Assembly (NCBI GenBank): GCA_964483455.1
Contig: CAZACK010000014.1
Location: 815-64,814 of the forward strand
DNA: 64,000 nucleotides
Source of the DNA: an uncultured Solibacteraceae bacterium
Lineage (GTDB): Bacteria; Acidobacteriota; Terriglobia; Bryobacterales; Bryobacteraceae
Reading direction: 5' to 3'
Shown one piece after another: positions 1 through 8,078 of this stretch; the first letter of the stretch is position 1; each line of letters begins with the position of its first letter. The translations under genes were made by a program, and so were the position numbers. The notes beneath the pieces were generated by a model that saw only the letters and a program-made list of their open reading frames with translations, made no database searches and had not been told where the DNA came from.

Positions 1-132
1 TTCTCGGCGGTCTGGCGGTAGACTCCAAGAGGCACCGCCTGTATATCGCCCGGCGGGTAACGCCGGGCTCGGTCGTCATCGCCGACTCCTCGACCCTCTC
101 CGTCAAGACCACGGTTCCTGCTCTCGATTCCG

Positions 133-597
133 GTGGCCCAGCAGGTGGCGGTGGACCCGCTCTCGGCGCGGGTCTTTGCCCGCAGCGAAACCACCAACCT
201 GATGTCCGTGATCCAGGATTCGCCGCCCTGCACGGCGGCGCTGGATCTGAGCTACGCCGGCGGCCTGCTCAGCATGGACATGGTGCTCGGCACGACTTAC
301 AACCCATCCCAGTTCCGAATGTGGCTGGTGACGCAGAGCGGGATCACTCCGCTGATCAGCCGGTGGATCGGGGTGGTGGATCCGCCGGCGCCCATCGCGC
401 CATCCTTCCCGCTGCCGGCGATCGGGAACGTCGGAGTGCTGATGGTGATCGATACGCTCCAGCCGGAAGGCTATTGCTGGGCTTTCGACTCAGCGTACAC
501 GGGAGGCGCGGCCGCGCCGTCCGTGGACGAGTTGAAGGCGAGACTCCACCGCGCCGGAGTCGCCCCGCGCGCGCTCGATGGCGGCGGCAGACCGTAG
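133..597 (+). CDS. C-terminal part of a YVTN-type beta-propeller repeat protein (upstream blade is in another frame)
   Basis: ORF with GTG start reads VAQQVAVDPLSARVFARSETTNLMSVIQD, a YVTN-like blade, followed by a non-repetitive C-terminus. A preceding blade (LAVDSKRHRLYIA..SVVIADSSTLSVKTTVPA) is readable only in frame 3 at 3-130. Confidence 0.5.
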   Translation: MAQQVAVDPLSARVFARSETTNLMSVIQDSPPCTAALDLSYAGGLLSMDMVLGTTYNPSQFRMWLVTQSGITPLISRWIGVVDPPAPIAPSFPLPAIGNVGVLMVIDTLQPEGYCWAFDSAYTGGAAAPSVDELKARLHRAGVAPRALDGGGRP

Positions 598-702
598 ATA
601 CCGGGCGGCAAGATCGCATGCCCCGCTAGCCGCTGCCGCCCGAAGTCCAGTGGTAGCATGAGTCAGCCGGCCGTCAGGATCTCCTGACTACGGAGGGCGC
701 GC

Positions 703-2166
703 ATGGAAATCACGATCCTCAGATACATAGACATCCTCATCGGCCTCGCGGTCGTGATGCTCCTCGGGACCACCGTCGTGGCGGCCGTCACGCAGCTTGT
801 GCTGTCCAGTTTCTACTTTCGCGCCCGGACGCTGCGCCTGGGGATCCAGGAGCTGATCCGCCAGCTTGATCCCTCCCAGCTCAGCACTGCCGAGGCGCGC
901 CTGGTGGCCGAACGGCTCTTGCGTCATCCGCTCCTGGCTCGTCCCAGCAACCCGATCGGAGTTGGCCTCAACCGGCTCCACAACCTGATTCGCCGGCTTT
1001 TCGGCCTGCCGCCCTTGCTCGCGGCGAATCCCACCGACGTCATTCAGAGGAGCGAACTGGTCCTGCTGCTGATGGAATGGGCGGCGAACCAAGGCCCGCT
1101 CGCCCTGGCCTCTAGTTTGCCCCCCGACAAGGCGGAGGCTCTGCGAGATAAGCTGCTCAAGCTGCTAAACAACAATGGAATCGACAACCCCGCCGACATT
1201 CTCCGCGCCGTCCGCCGCCGGGCTATCGAAAACGAGAAGACCGACCCCGCCCAACCGGCGCATCTTTGGTGGAACAGCGCCCTGCTCCAGGCCGCCGCCA
1301 GCGACTTTCTCGGCAAGATCAACCAGGGCTTCGACAACGCCATGACGCGCGTCTCGCAGGCGTTCGGCCTCAAGGCGAAGGCCGTTGCGTGCGTGGTTTC
1401 TCTGGTGGTCGTCTTCTCCATCCAGCTCGATTCTCTGGCGCTCCTGAAGCGCCTGTCAGTCGACGACAAGCTCCGCGACTCACTGGTCAGAGAAGCCGAG
1501 ATGATGACCGCTCGCGTCGAGAAGGCCGAAGCCAAGGCCGCCACCGAGACTCCGGCCGGCGAGAAGGAGCGCGCCAGACAGGAAGCGGAAAGGGCCCGCG
1601 CCGCCCGCGAAGAAATCGACTCCACCCTCGCCCTGATGCGGGAACCCCGCCTTTCCCTCATTCCCGACACGCTCCACTGGCAGAAGCTGGCGCAGGGAAG
1701 GGCCTGTCCGGACACCTCACAAACCGGACAGTCGGACTGGAAGGGCGCTTTGCAGGTCGCAAGCCAAACGTACGGCCTGGCGGCGCGCCAGCCGCTCACT
1801 GTCGAGACGCTCGAAGCCGCCATTGCCGCCGTCAAAGCGCCGGTCTACTTGTACCGGGTTGAGGACGGCGACCGGAAATGTCTCTTGATCGTGGCCCGCT
1901 CCCCGGCGGTTTCGCCGGCCTCACTCAAGCTCGATCCGCCGGAAGGGAGCGCCGTTCGGCTGGAGGATGTCAAGCTGGACCAGGACCGCGAAGGCGCCGG
2001 CCGCCGACTTCCCGGAGTCCTGCTTTCCTGGGTCCTTCTTTCGCTCGGAACGCCTTTCTGGTTCAACCTGCTCAAGAACCTGCTCGGTCTCCGCTCCGCC
2101 CTCGCCCGTAAGGATGACAAGGAGCGCTCCGACCGCGAGAGCCTGCTCACGCCGCCGAAAACGTGA
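703..2166 (+). CDS. hypothetical membrane protein with three predicted TM segments and a charged coiled-coil region
   Basis: 487-aa ORF. GGAGGG lies 5 nt upstream of the ATG. Hydrophobic N-terminus (ILIGLAVVMLLGTTVVAAV), central hydrophobic stretch (AVACVVSLVVVFSIQL), EKERARQEAERARAAREE coiled-coil-like run, C-terminal TM (VLLSWVLLSLGTPFWFNLL) and a basic tail. No family recognised. Confidence 0.6.
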   Translation: MEITILRYIDILIGLAVVMLLGTTVVAAVTQLVLSSFYFRARTLRLGIQELIRQLDPSQLSTAEARLVAERLLRHPLLARPSNPIGVGLNRLHNLIRRLFGLPPLLAANPTDVIQRSELVLLLMEWAANQGPLALASSLPPDKAEALRDKLLKLLNNNGIDNPADILRAVRRRAIENEKTDPAQPAHLWWNSALLQAAASDFLGKINQGFDNAMTRVSQAFGLKAKAVACVVSLVVVFSIQLDSLALLKRLSVDDKLRDSLVREAEMMTARVEKAEAKAATETPAGEKERARQEAERARAAREEIDSTLALMREPRLSLIPDTLHWQKLAQGRACPDTSQTGQSDWKGALQVASQTYGLAARQPLTVETLEAAIAAVKAPVYLYRVEDGDRKCLLIVARSPAVSPASLKLDPPEGSAVRLEDVKLDQDREGAGRRLPGVLLSWVLLSLGTPFWFNLLKNLLGLRSALARKDDKERSDRESLLTPPKT

Positions 2167-2236
2167 ACGGCGGAGGAAGAGTTGAGCCGCAGCGGCGGCT
2201 AATCTTCCCGCCCCGCCCCGCCGATCATCCCTCAGG

Positions 2237-2854
2237 ATGAATGCGTCCAGGCTCCCCACAGACCGGACTTGGCGTCTGCCGCCGCTGATTCTGCATCCCT
2301 TCTCGGACGCTTCCGGCCCGGACAAACTGGCGGAAAGCTCCCGCGCCAGCCTGATGCTCCAGGGGCTGCTGCCTAACGACGAGTTCACCTGTGAGGAACT
2401 GAACCGCCGGCTGCTGGAAGGGCGCTTCTACGAGATTCGCATGCTCTGCTACGTCGGCAAGGATCTGGAGCGGTGGATCGAGCAGTGTTTCGAGTTCTGC
2501 GAGCGGGACGACGAGTTGAGGGATGCGGGGCTGCGTGCCGAGAGCTTCGCCGCTCTGCTGGTGGAAGGCCCTCCCGACAACGTTCGGACCAAGCTCGAAA
2601 GCTGGGGTGTCATCGATCACAAGTCGATCTTCATCCGCGCTCTCGGCCTGAGCGCTGTCTTCCTTCGGCCGCCGGAGCGCGACATGCTCACCGATGGCTT
2701 CCTCCACCATCATTACCGTTACGCCGAGCAATTCTATCGGTGCCGCCAGCATCTGCTCCCATCCACACCCGCTGGAGCGTCCGCATTCCAGTTCGAGATA
2801 TACGCCTCAGCCGAGTACGCACGTATGCTGGAGAAGCAGTGGGAGACGGACTAA
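2237..2854 (+). CDS. hypothetical soluble protein (Cys/His-containing, no family recognised)
   Basis: 205-aa ORF, same direction and 70 nt downstream of 703-2166. Amino-acid composition looks protein-like, in contrast to the Arg/Pro/Gly-rich overlapping frames. Confidence 0.55.
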   Translation: MNASRLPTDRTWRLPPLILHPFSDASGPDKLAESSRASLMLQGLLPNDEFTCEELNRRLLEGRFYEIRMLCYVGKDLERWIEQCFEFCERDDELRDAGLRAESFAALLVEGPPDNVRTKLESWGVIDHKSIFIRALGLSAVFLRPPERDMLTDGFLHHHYRYAEQFYRCRQHLLPSTPAGASAFQFEIYASAEYARMLEKQWETD

Positions 2855-2889
2855 ACACGACCTCTCGGTGCGGAGAACAGTCCGTCACT

Positions 2890-2898
2890 TGCTATAAT
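2890..2898 (+). promoter_or_regulatory. extended -10 element TGcTATAAT, 6 nt upstream of the ATG at 2905 (candidate leaderless promoter)
   Basis: Sequence cacTTGCTATAATccggggATG: consensus TATAAT at 2893-2898 preceded by TGn. No Shine-Dalgarno sequence fits between it and the start codon. Confidence 0.4.
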
Positions 2899-2904
2899 CC
2901 GGGG

Positions 2905-4197
2905 ATGAAGTTCCCCCGCCTCCTTCTGGTCCGCCAAAACCTGTCGGATCGCAGCATCAAGGACATCGCTGGCGAAGTGCGCCGCCAGCTCTCTTCGGCC
3001 GGCTTCGCCTCCCGGGTCAAACCGGGCGGCAGGGTGGCGATCGGCGTCGGCAGCCGCGGCATCGCCAACGTCGCAACCATCGTCCGCTCCGTGGTCGACT
3101 ACTGGAAGTCCGAGGGCATCCGGCCGTTCATCTTCCCCGCCATGGGCAGCCACGGCGCGGCTTCCGCGGAAGGACAGGCCGACGTGCTGGCTCACTACGG
3201 CATCCACGAGGCCACCATGGGATGCCCGGTCATCAGCCAGCTTGAGGTGGTTTCGCTCGGCCGGACGCCGGAAGGCATCGAGGCGTTCATGGACCGCCGG
3301 GCGTTCCAGAGCGACGGCGTCATGATGGTGGGCCGCGTCAAATGGCACACGGACTTCGCCGGCAAGATCGAGAGCGGCCTCTACAAGATGATGGCCATCG
3401 GCTTGGGCAAGTTCGCTGGCGCCCAGGCCTACCACACTTATGCCTACCGCATGGGGCTGGAGCAGGTGATCCTCAGCGTCGGCCGGCAGGTGCTCCAGTC
3501 GCGGAAGATCCTCGGCGGGCTGGCCGTTTTGGAAGACGCTCACCACAACACCGCCCACCTGGAGGCGGTGCCGGCCGAGCGCATGGAGCAGCGGGAGCAG
3601 GAGCTACTCGAGCTGGTGAAGTCCTGGGCCGCGCGCATCCCCGTCGAGGCGCTGGACATCCTGATCGTGGACGAAATCGGCAAGAACATCAGCGGCGCCG
3701 GCATGGACACCAAGGTGATCAACCGCGGGGTCCAGGGCCAGTACAACCCCTGGCCGAACGTGCCGCGCATCGAGCGGATCTTCGTGCGCGACCTCGGCAA
3801 CCTGACCTACGGCAACGCCGTCGGCATCGGGCTGGCGGACGTGATCGCCGACCGGATCCTCCCCAAGATCGACTGGAAGCCGACCCACGTCAACTCGCTG
3901 ACGGCCTCGACGCCGGCGGCCATCCGCACGCCGATCCACTTCCCGAGCGACCGCGAGTGCCTGGAGAAGATTGCACCGACTGTCGGCAAGTTTGAGGAGG
4001 CCCAGATTACTTACGGCTGGATCCGGAACACCATGGAACTGGGAACACTGGGCCTTAGTGAGAACTTACTCTCGGAGATCCAGGCGAACCCCGCCTTGGA
4101 GATCCTGGGCCCCCCGCGCGAGATGGAATTCGACGGGGAAGGAAACTTGCCGGGGGTAGACACGCTCGCTGCCGAACTGGCCGTGCGCTCCGTCTAA
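2905..4197 (+). CDS. conserved protein, possibly LarA-like / DUF2088-type (function uncertain)
   Basis: Real start taken at MKFPRLLLVRQN. The longer ORF 2473-4197 has an Arg/Pro-rich non-protein-like N-terminal extension. The family assignment is a weak recollection based on the RVAIGVGSRGI..PAMGSHG pattern. Confidence 0.6.
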   Translation: MKFPRLLLVRQNLSDRSIKDIAGEVRRQLSSAGFASRVKPGGRVAIGVGSRGIANVATIVRSVVDYWKSEGIRPFIFPAMGSHGAASAEGQADVLAHYGIHEATMGCPVISQLEVVSLGRTPEGIEAFMDRRAFQSDGVMMVGRVKWHTDFAGKIESGLYKMMAIGLGKFAGAQAYHTYAYRMGLEQVILSVGRQVLQSRKILGGLAVLEDAHHNTAHLEAVPAERMEQREQELLELVKSWAARIPVEALDILIVDEIGKNISGAGMDTKVINRGVQGQYNPWPNVPRIERIFVRDLGNLTYGNAVGIGLADVIADRILPKIDWKPTHVNSLTASTPAAIRTPIHFPSDRECLEKIAPTVGKFEEAQITYGWIRNTMELGTLGLSENLLSEIQANPALEILGPPREMEFDGEGNLPGVDTLAAELAVRSV

Positions 4198-4202
4198 CGG
4201 AG

Positions 4203-4237
4203 CCGGCGGGTGCGTGATTGACCCACTCACCCGCCGG
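4203..4237. terminator. GC-rich hairpin between convergent genes (possible bidirectional terminator)
   Basis: Perfect 10-bp arms CCGGCGGGTG (4203-4212) and CACCCGCCGG (4228-4237) around a 15-nt loop. It lies between the stop at 4197 (+) and the stop at 4290 (-). The T-tracts are weak. Confidence 0.45.
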
Positions 4238-4289
4238 TCCTTGCCGGTTCACGACTACCCTGCCTGACGCTTGAGGCGCACCTTTGGGC

Positions 4290-4481
4290 CTACCCGCCGC
4301 CGGCGACGAGCACGCTCTGCACCTTGCTGAAGATGGTGCTGATGCTGGTGGAAACGGTGGGCATCACCGCGCCCGCCGCCACGGCCACAAACCCTGCCAT
4401 GAGCGCGTACTCGATGAGGTCCTGCCCTGTCTCCTCCCGCCAGAACCGCCTGGCCGAGATCCAACGAACCAAATGCTTCAT
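4290..4481 (-). CDS. flp: Flp/Fap family type IVb pilin
   Basis: 63 aa with the Flp signature ..ETGQDLIEYALMAGFVAVAAGAV.. (G/xxxxEY processing motif plus hydrophobic helix). Strong SD (AAGGAG) upstream. Confidence 0.85.
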   Translation of the reverse strand: MKHLVRWISARRFWREETGQDLIEYALMAGFVAVAAGAVMPTVSTSISTIFSKVQSVLVAGGG

Positions 4482-4614
4482 CTCTTCTCTTTCTCCTTCC
4501 CTGCGGGGATGTTACACGCTGACAATCCGAACGTAACATTCGGGGAGGAAATAGAGAATCCGCAGAAGTGCCTATACGAGGAGTTGAAACTCCTGATCTG
4601 CCGATGACTGGCCC

Positions 4615-5796
4615 TCAGCCGAGAATGTCCAGGCGACGGGCCGCCCGCGCCAGGATGTCCAGAGCGCGGTCCAGTTGGTCTCGCGTGTGGGTCGCGGTGA
4701 CGATGGTGCGCACGCGAGCCTTGCCTTGCGCCACCGTCGGGTAGCCGATGCCGACCGCGAACAAGCCCTTCTCGAATAGCGCGCGAGAGAAGGCGTGCGC
4801 CTTGCTGGCATCGCCGACCATGATGGGCGTAATTGGCGTTTCACTCTGCCCCGTGTCGAAGCCCGCCTCCCTGAGGGCCTGTTTGAAATAGCGGGTGTTC
4901 TTCCAGAGGTTCTCCATGCGCTCGGGCTCGCTCTCGAGCACGTCGAACGCCGCCAGGCAGGCGGCGGCCACCGCCGGCGGGTGCGAAGTCGAGAACAGGA
5001 ACGGCCGCGCCCGGTGGTACAGGAACTCGATCAGGTCCCGGCTGCCACAGACGTAGCCGCCGAGCACGCCGATCGCCTTGGACAGCGTGCCCACCTGGAT
5101 GTGCACGCGCCCGTGAACTCCGAAATGATCCACCGTGCCGCGTCCGGCCCGGCCGAGCACGCCCGAGGAGTGCGCGTCGTCGATCATCATGATCGCCCCG
5201 TACCGTTCCGCGATCTCCACCAGCGCCGGCAGCGGCGCGATGTCGCCGTCCATGGAAAACACGCCGTCGGTAATCAGGAGCTTGCGGCCCGGCGTCCCCG
5301 CCAGATCCTCGAGGACCTTCGCGGCGGCCGCCGCGTCCCGGTGCGGGAAGACGTGGATCTTCGCTTTCGACAGCCGGCAGCCGTCGATGATGCTGGCGTG
5401 GTTCAATTCGTCGGAGATGATGTGGTCCTCGGGCGTCAGCACGGCCGCCACCGTGCCGGCGTTGGCCGCGAAGCCCGACTGGAAGACGACGCAGGCCTCG
5501 GTGTGCTTGAAGGCGGCGATCCGGCGCTCGAGTTCCATGTGGATCGCCATCGTTCCGGAGATCGTGCGGACGGCGCCCGAGCCCACGCCAAGCCGGCGGG
5601 TCGCCTCCAGCGCCGCCTCCACCAGCTTCGGATGGTCGGTCAGGCCGAGGTAGTTGTTCGAAGCGAGGTTGATCACCTCGCGCCCGTCGAACCGGCATAC
5701 CGGAGCGCAGGCGGTCTCAAGCTGGCGCAGGGTCTGGTAAGTACCGGCCTGTTTCCAGGTGTTGAGGTGTTCGGTGAGATAGGATAAGGGATGCAT
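4615..5796 (-). CDS. kbl: glycine C-acetyltransferase (2-amino-3-ketobutyrate CoA ligase); alternatively an 8-amino-7-oxononanoate synthase family member
   Basis: 393 aa alpha-oxoamine synthase: NNYLGL, DELNHASIIDG, SMDGD, PLP-lysine motif GTLSKA, C-terminal GYPTV..GKARVR..TA.HT. Confidence 0.85.
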   Translation of the reverse strand: MHPLSYLTEHLNTWKQAGTYQTLRQLETACAPVCRFDGREVINLASNNYLGLTDHPKLVEAALEATRRLGVGSGAVRTISGTMAIHMELERRIAAFKHTEACVVFQSGFAANAGTVAAVLTPEDHIISDELNHASIIDGCRLSKAKIHVFPHRDAAAAAKVLEDLAGTPGRKLLITDGVFSMDGDIAPLPALVEIAERYGAIMMIDDAHSSGVLGRAGRGTVDHFGVHGRVHIQVGTLSKAIGVLGGYVCGSRDLIEFLYHRARPFLFSTSHPPAVAAACLAAFDVLESEPERMENLWKNTRYFKQALREAGFDTGQSETPITPIMVGDASKAHAFSRALFEKGLFAVGIGYPTVAQGKARVRTIVTATHTRDQLDRALDILARAARRLDILG

Positions 5797-5815
5797 ATGG
5801 TATTAACCACATAGT

Positions 5816-5860
5816 CACAGAGTAGTCAGAGTTAATCTGAGTTCCTCTGTGTACTCTGTG
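5816..5860. promoter_or_regulatory. stem-loop / CTCTGTG repeat cluster in a low-GC spacer upstream of kbl
   Basis: CACAGAGTA (5816-5824) pairs with TACTCTGTG (5852-5860). An inner CAGAG/CTCTG helix is also present. Three direct CTCTG(TG) copies lie at 5845-5866. Confidence 0.3.
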
Positions 5861-5877
5861 TCTCTGCGGTGAAAAAA

Positions 5878-7167
5878 TCAAACCGCCTCGGGCACCACGA
5901 ACGGCTCCCGATAGGCCCGCGTGAGCATCCGGTTGGCCTCCTCGTCGCCGGGGCAGCTCATGGTGGCCGCGTCGAACTGGATTGTCCGGCCCAGCCGGTA
6001 GGCGATGTTGCCGAGATGCATCAGCGTGCAGGAGATCGCGCCTTCCTCCACCGGCGCATTCAGCGACTCCGGCTTCCGGTCGCGCACCGCCTGAATGAAG
6101 TTCGCCCAGTTGTCGCCTTCCTCGACGCGGCTCGGGCCGGGCTGCTGCTCCTTGCCAAGGAAGCTGTAATACTTCCCGTAGCCGTCGATAACCAGGTAGC
6201 CGTTGGATCCGTAGAAGATGTTCCCCACGGTGTTGCCCGGCTTATCTCCGCCAATGCCCGCCTCGTGGTTGCTGATCCAGTGCCGCACCTCGAACACCAT
6301 CAGCGTCTTCCTGCCGCCTTCATCGAACTCGTAGGTCACCACCAGCGTGTTGGGCGTTTCCTGGTCGTCGTCGAACATGTAATGGCCGCCCATGGCGCTG
6401 ACCTTAGTCGGATACTTGACGCCGAGTCCCCAGCGGGCAATATCGAGCTCGTGGATGCCCTGGTTGCCGAAGTCGCCGTTGCCGTAATCCCAGAACCAGT
6501 GCCAGTTGTAGTGGAACCGGTTGCGCGTGAACTCCCGCTTCGGCGCCGGCCCGAGCCACAGGTCGTAGTGCACGCCGTCCGGGACAATCTCCGGCGGGGT
6601 TCGCCCGATGGTGTTCCTCCACTTGAAGCACAGGCCCCGGGCCATGTACACGTCGCCGATGACCCCTTCGCGCATCTTCCGGACGCCCTCGATGATGCTC
6701 GCGCCGGACCGGCTGTTGGAGCCGTGCTGCACGATGCGGCCATACTTCTTCGCCGCCGCCACGATCTGCCGCGACTCGAAGATGTTGTGGGACAGCGGCT
6801 TCTCGACGTAGACGTCCTTGCCCGCCTGGCAGGCCCAGATGGTCTGAAGCGTGTGCCAGTGGTTCGGCGAGGCGATCGACACCGCGTCGATCGACTTGTC
6901 CTCCAGCATCCGGCGGAAATCGGTGTACGCCGCCGGCCGCTTCTTGCCCTTCTGTTCGAGGTCCTTGACCCGGTGGTTCAGGATGGACTCATCCACGTCG
7001 CAGAGCGCCGCCACCTCGACGTTGGGCATTTCCGAATAGACCTTGATGTGGTGCCGGCCCTGCCCGCGAATACCGGCGCAGGCCACGCGCACCGTGTCGT
7101 TGGGGCTGGCCATGGCTCTGGTGGCGGCCGCGGCCGCCGTACTCATGAGGAAATAGCGTCTTTTCAT
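5878..7167 (-). CDS. Gfo/Idh/MocA family oxidoreductase with Tat-type signal
   Basis: 429 aa. N-terminus KRRYFLMSTAAAAATRAMA is twin-arginine-like. Rossmann motif VACAGIRGQG and EKP motif (VYVEKPLSHN). Confidence 0.85.
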   Translation of the reverse strand: MKRRYFLMSTAAAAATRAMASPNDTVRVACAGIRGQGRHHIKVYSEMPNVEVAALCDVDESILNHRVKDLEQKGKKRPAAYTDFRRMLEDKSIDAVSIASPNHWHTLQTIWACQAGKDVYVEKPLSHNIFESRQIVAAAKKYGRIVQHGSNSRSGASIIEGVRKMREGVIGDVYMARGLCFKWRNTIGRTPPEIVPDGVHYDLWLGPAPKREFTRNRFHYNWHWFWDYGNGDFGNQGIHELDIARWGLGVKYPTKVSAMGGHYMFDDDQETPNTLVVTYEFDEGGRKTLMVFEVRHWISNHEAGIGGDKPGNTVGNIFYGSNGYLVIDGYGKYYSFLGKEQQPGPSRVEEGDNWANFIQAVRDRKPESLNAPVEEGAISCTLMHLGNIAYRLGRTIQFDAATMSCPGDEEANRMLTRAYREPFVVPEAV

Positions 7168-7177
7168 CCTGCTTCTA

Positions 7178-8074
7178 CTATAAAAAAAGCCGAGACGACT
7201 CCAGCACCGCCCGGAGCTCGTCCGCCTCCCGCGGCGCGCAATCGACCAGGGGCGGGCGGACCGGCCCCGCCGGCATTCCGAGCAGTTCCATGGCGCGCTT
7301 CACCACGGCAACCTCGTAGCCGCGCGACCGGTCCCGGATCGCGAAGAACGGCACGACGAACTTCCGGACGAGCTCGTCGAGCCGCGCGAAATCGCGCGCG
7401 GCGCCCGCTTCGGCGAGTGCGAGCGACAACCGCGGGGCCACGTTCGAGAGGCTGGAGGTGAAGGCTTGGACGCCGGTCGCGAAGTAGGCCGGCACGCAGT
7501 CGTCGCCGGCGCCGCCGATCCAGGCGACCCGATCGCCCAGCCGCGCGATCAGCCGCTGGAGCCGGCGCATGTCGCCCTGCCCGTCCTTCCAGGCTGCGAT
7601 CGTCGGAACCCGTTCCACAAGGCGTTCGGCGAAATCCGGCGTGAACGCCGCCCAGTCCCTCGTGTAGACCACCAGCGGCAGGCCACTGGCCTCGCCGATC
7701 CGGCGATAGTATTCGATCAGCCCGTCTTCCGGCGCGTTCACGTAGTACGGCGGCAGCACCAGCAGACCGCTCGCCCCGAGCTTCTCCAGTTGCCGCGCCA
7801 GCTCCGCCGCAACCGGCAGATTGAATCCGACGCCGGCGAGCACCGGCATCCTGCCGGCCGCCGCCTCGACCGTCACGCGGGTGACATCGGGAATCTCCCG
7901 CGGCGCCAGCGAATACACCTCGCCCGCGCCGCCTGCCGCCACCAGCGCGCAGAAGGGATGACCCGCCATGGCGGCCACGTTGCGCTCGAGTCCGGCGAGG
8001 TCGAGCGAGAGATCCTCGCGGAACGGCGTAACCGGGAACCCGAGCACGCCACGGAGCAGGTGTTTCAGCGGCAT
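7178..8074 (-). CDS. DapA/DHDPS-family lyase, 5-dehydro-4-deoxyglucarate dehydratase-like
   Basis: 298 aa with GFPVTPF near the N-terminus, VLPPYY, and WKDGQGD around the Schiff-base lysine, as in KdgD-type members. The subfamily call is inference. Confidence 0.7.
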   Translation of the reverse strand: MPLKHLLRGVLGFPVTPFREDLSLDLAGLERNVAAMAGHPFCALVAAGGAGEVYSLAPREIPDVTRVTVEAAAGRMPVLAGVGFNLPVAAELARQLEKLGASGLLVLPPYYVNAPEDGLIEYYRRIGEASGLPLVVYTRDWAAFTPDFAERLVERVPTIAAWKDGQGDMRRLQRLIARLGDRVAWIGGAGDDCVPAYFATGVQAFTSSLSNVAPRLSLALAEAGAARDFARLDELVRKFVVPFFAIRDRSRGYEVAVVKRAMELLGMPAGPVRPPLVDCAPREADELRAVLESSRLFL

Positions 8075-8078
8075 ACGT

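Noticed and set aside
2473-2904. N-terminal extension of the 574-aa ORF, and likewise 29068-29376 for the kinase, 22749-22880 for the cytochrome and 36369-36437 for thrB
   Set aside because: The extensions have aberrant composition and overlap upstream genes or promoters. Internal starts give N-termini typical of the families.
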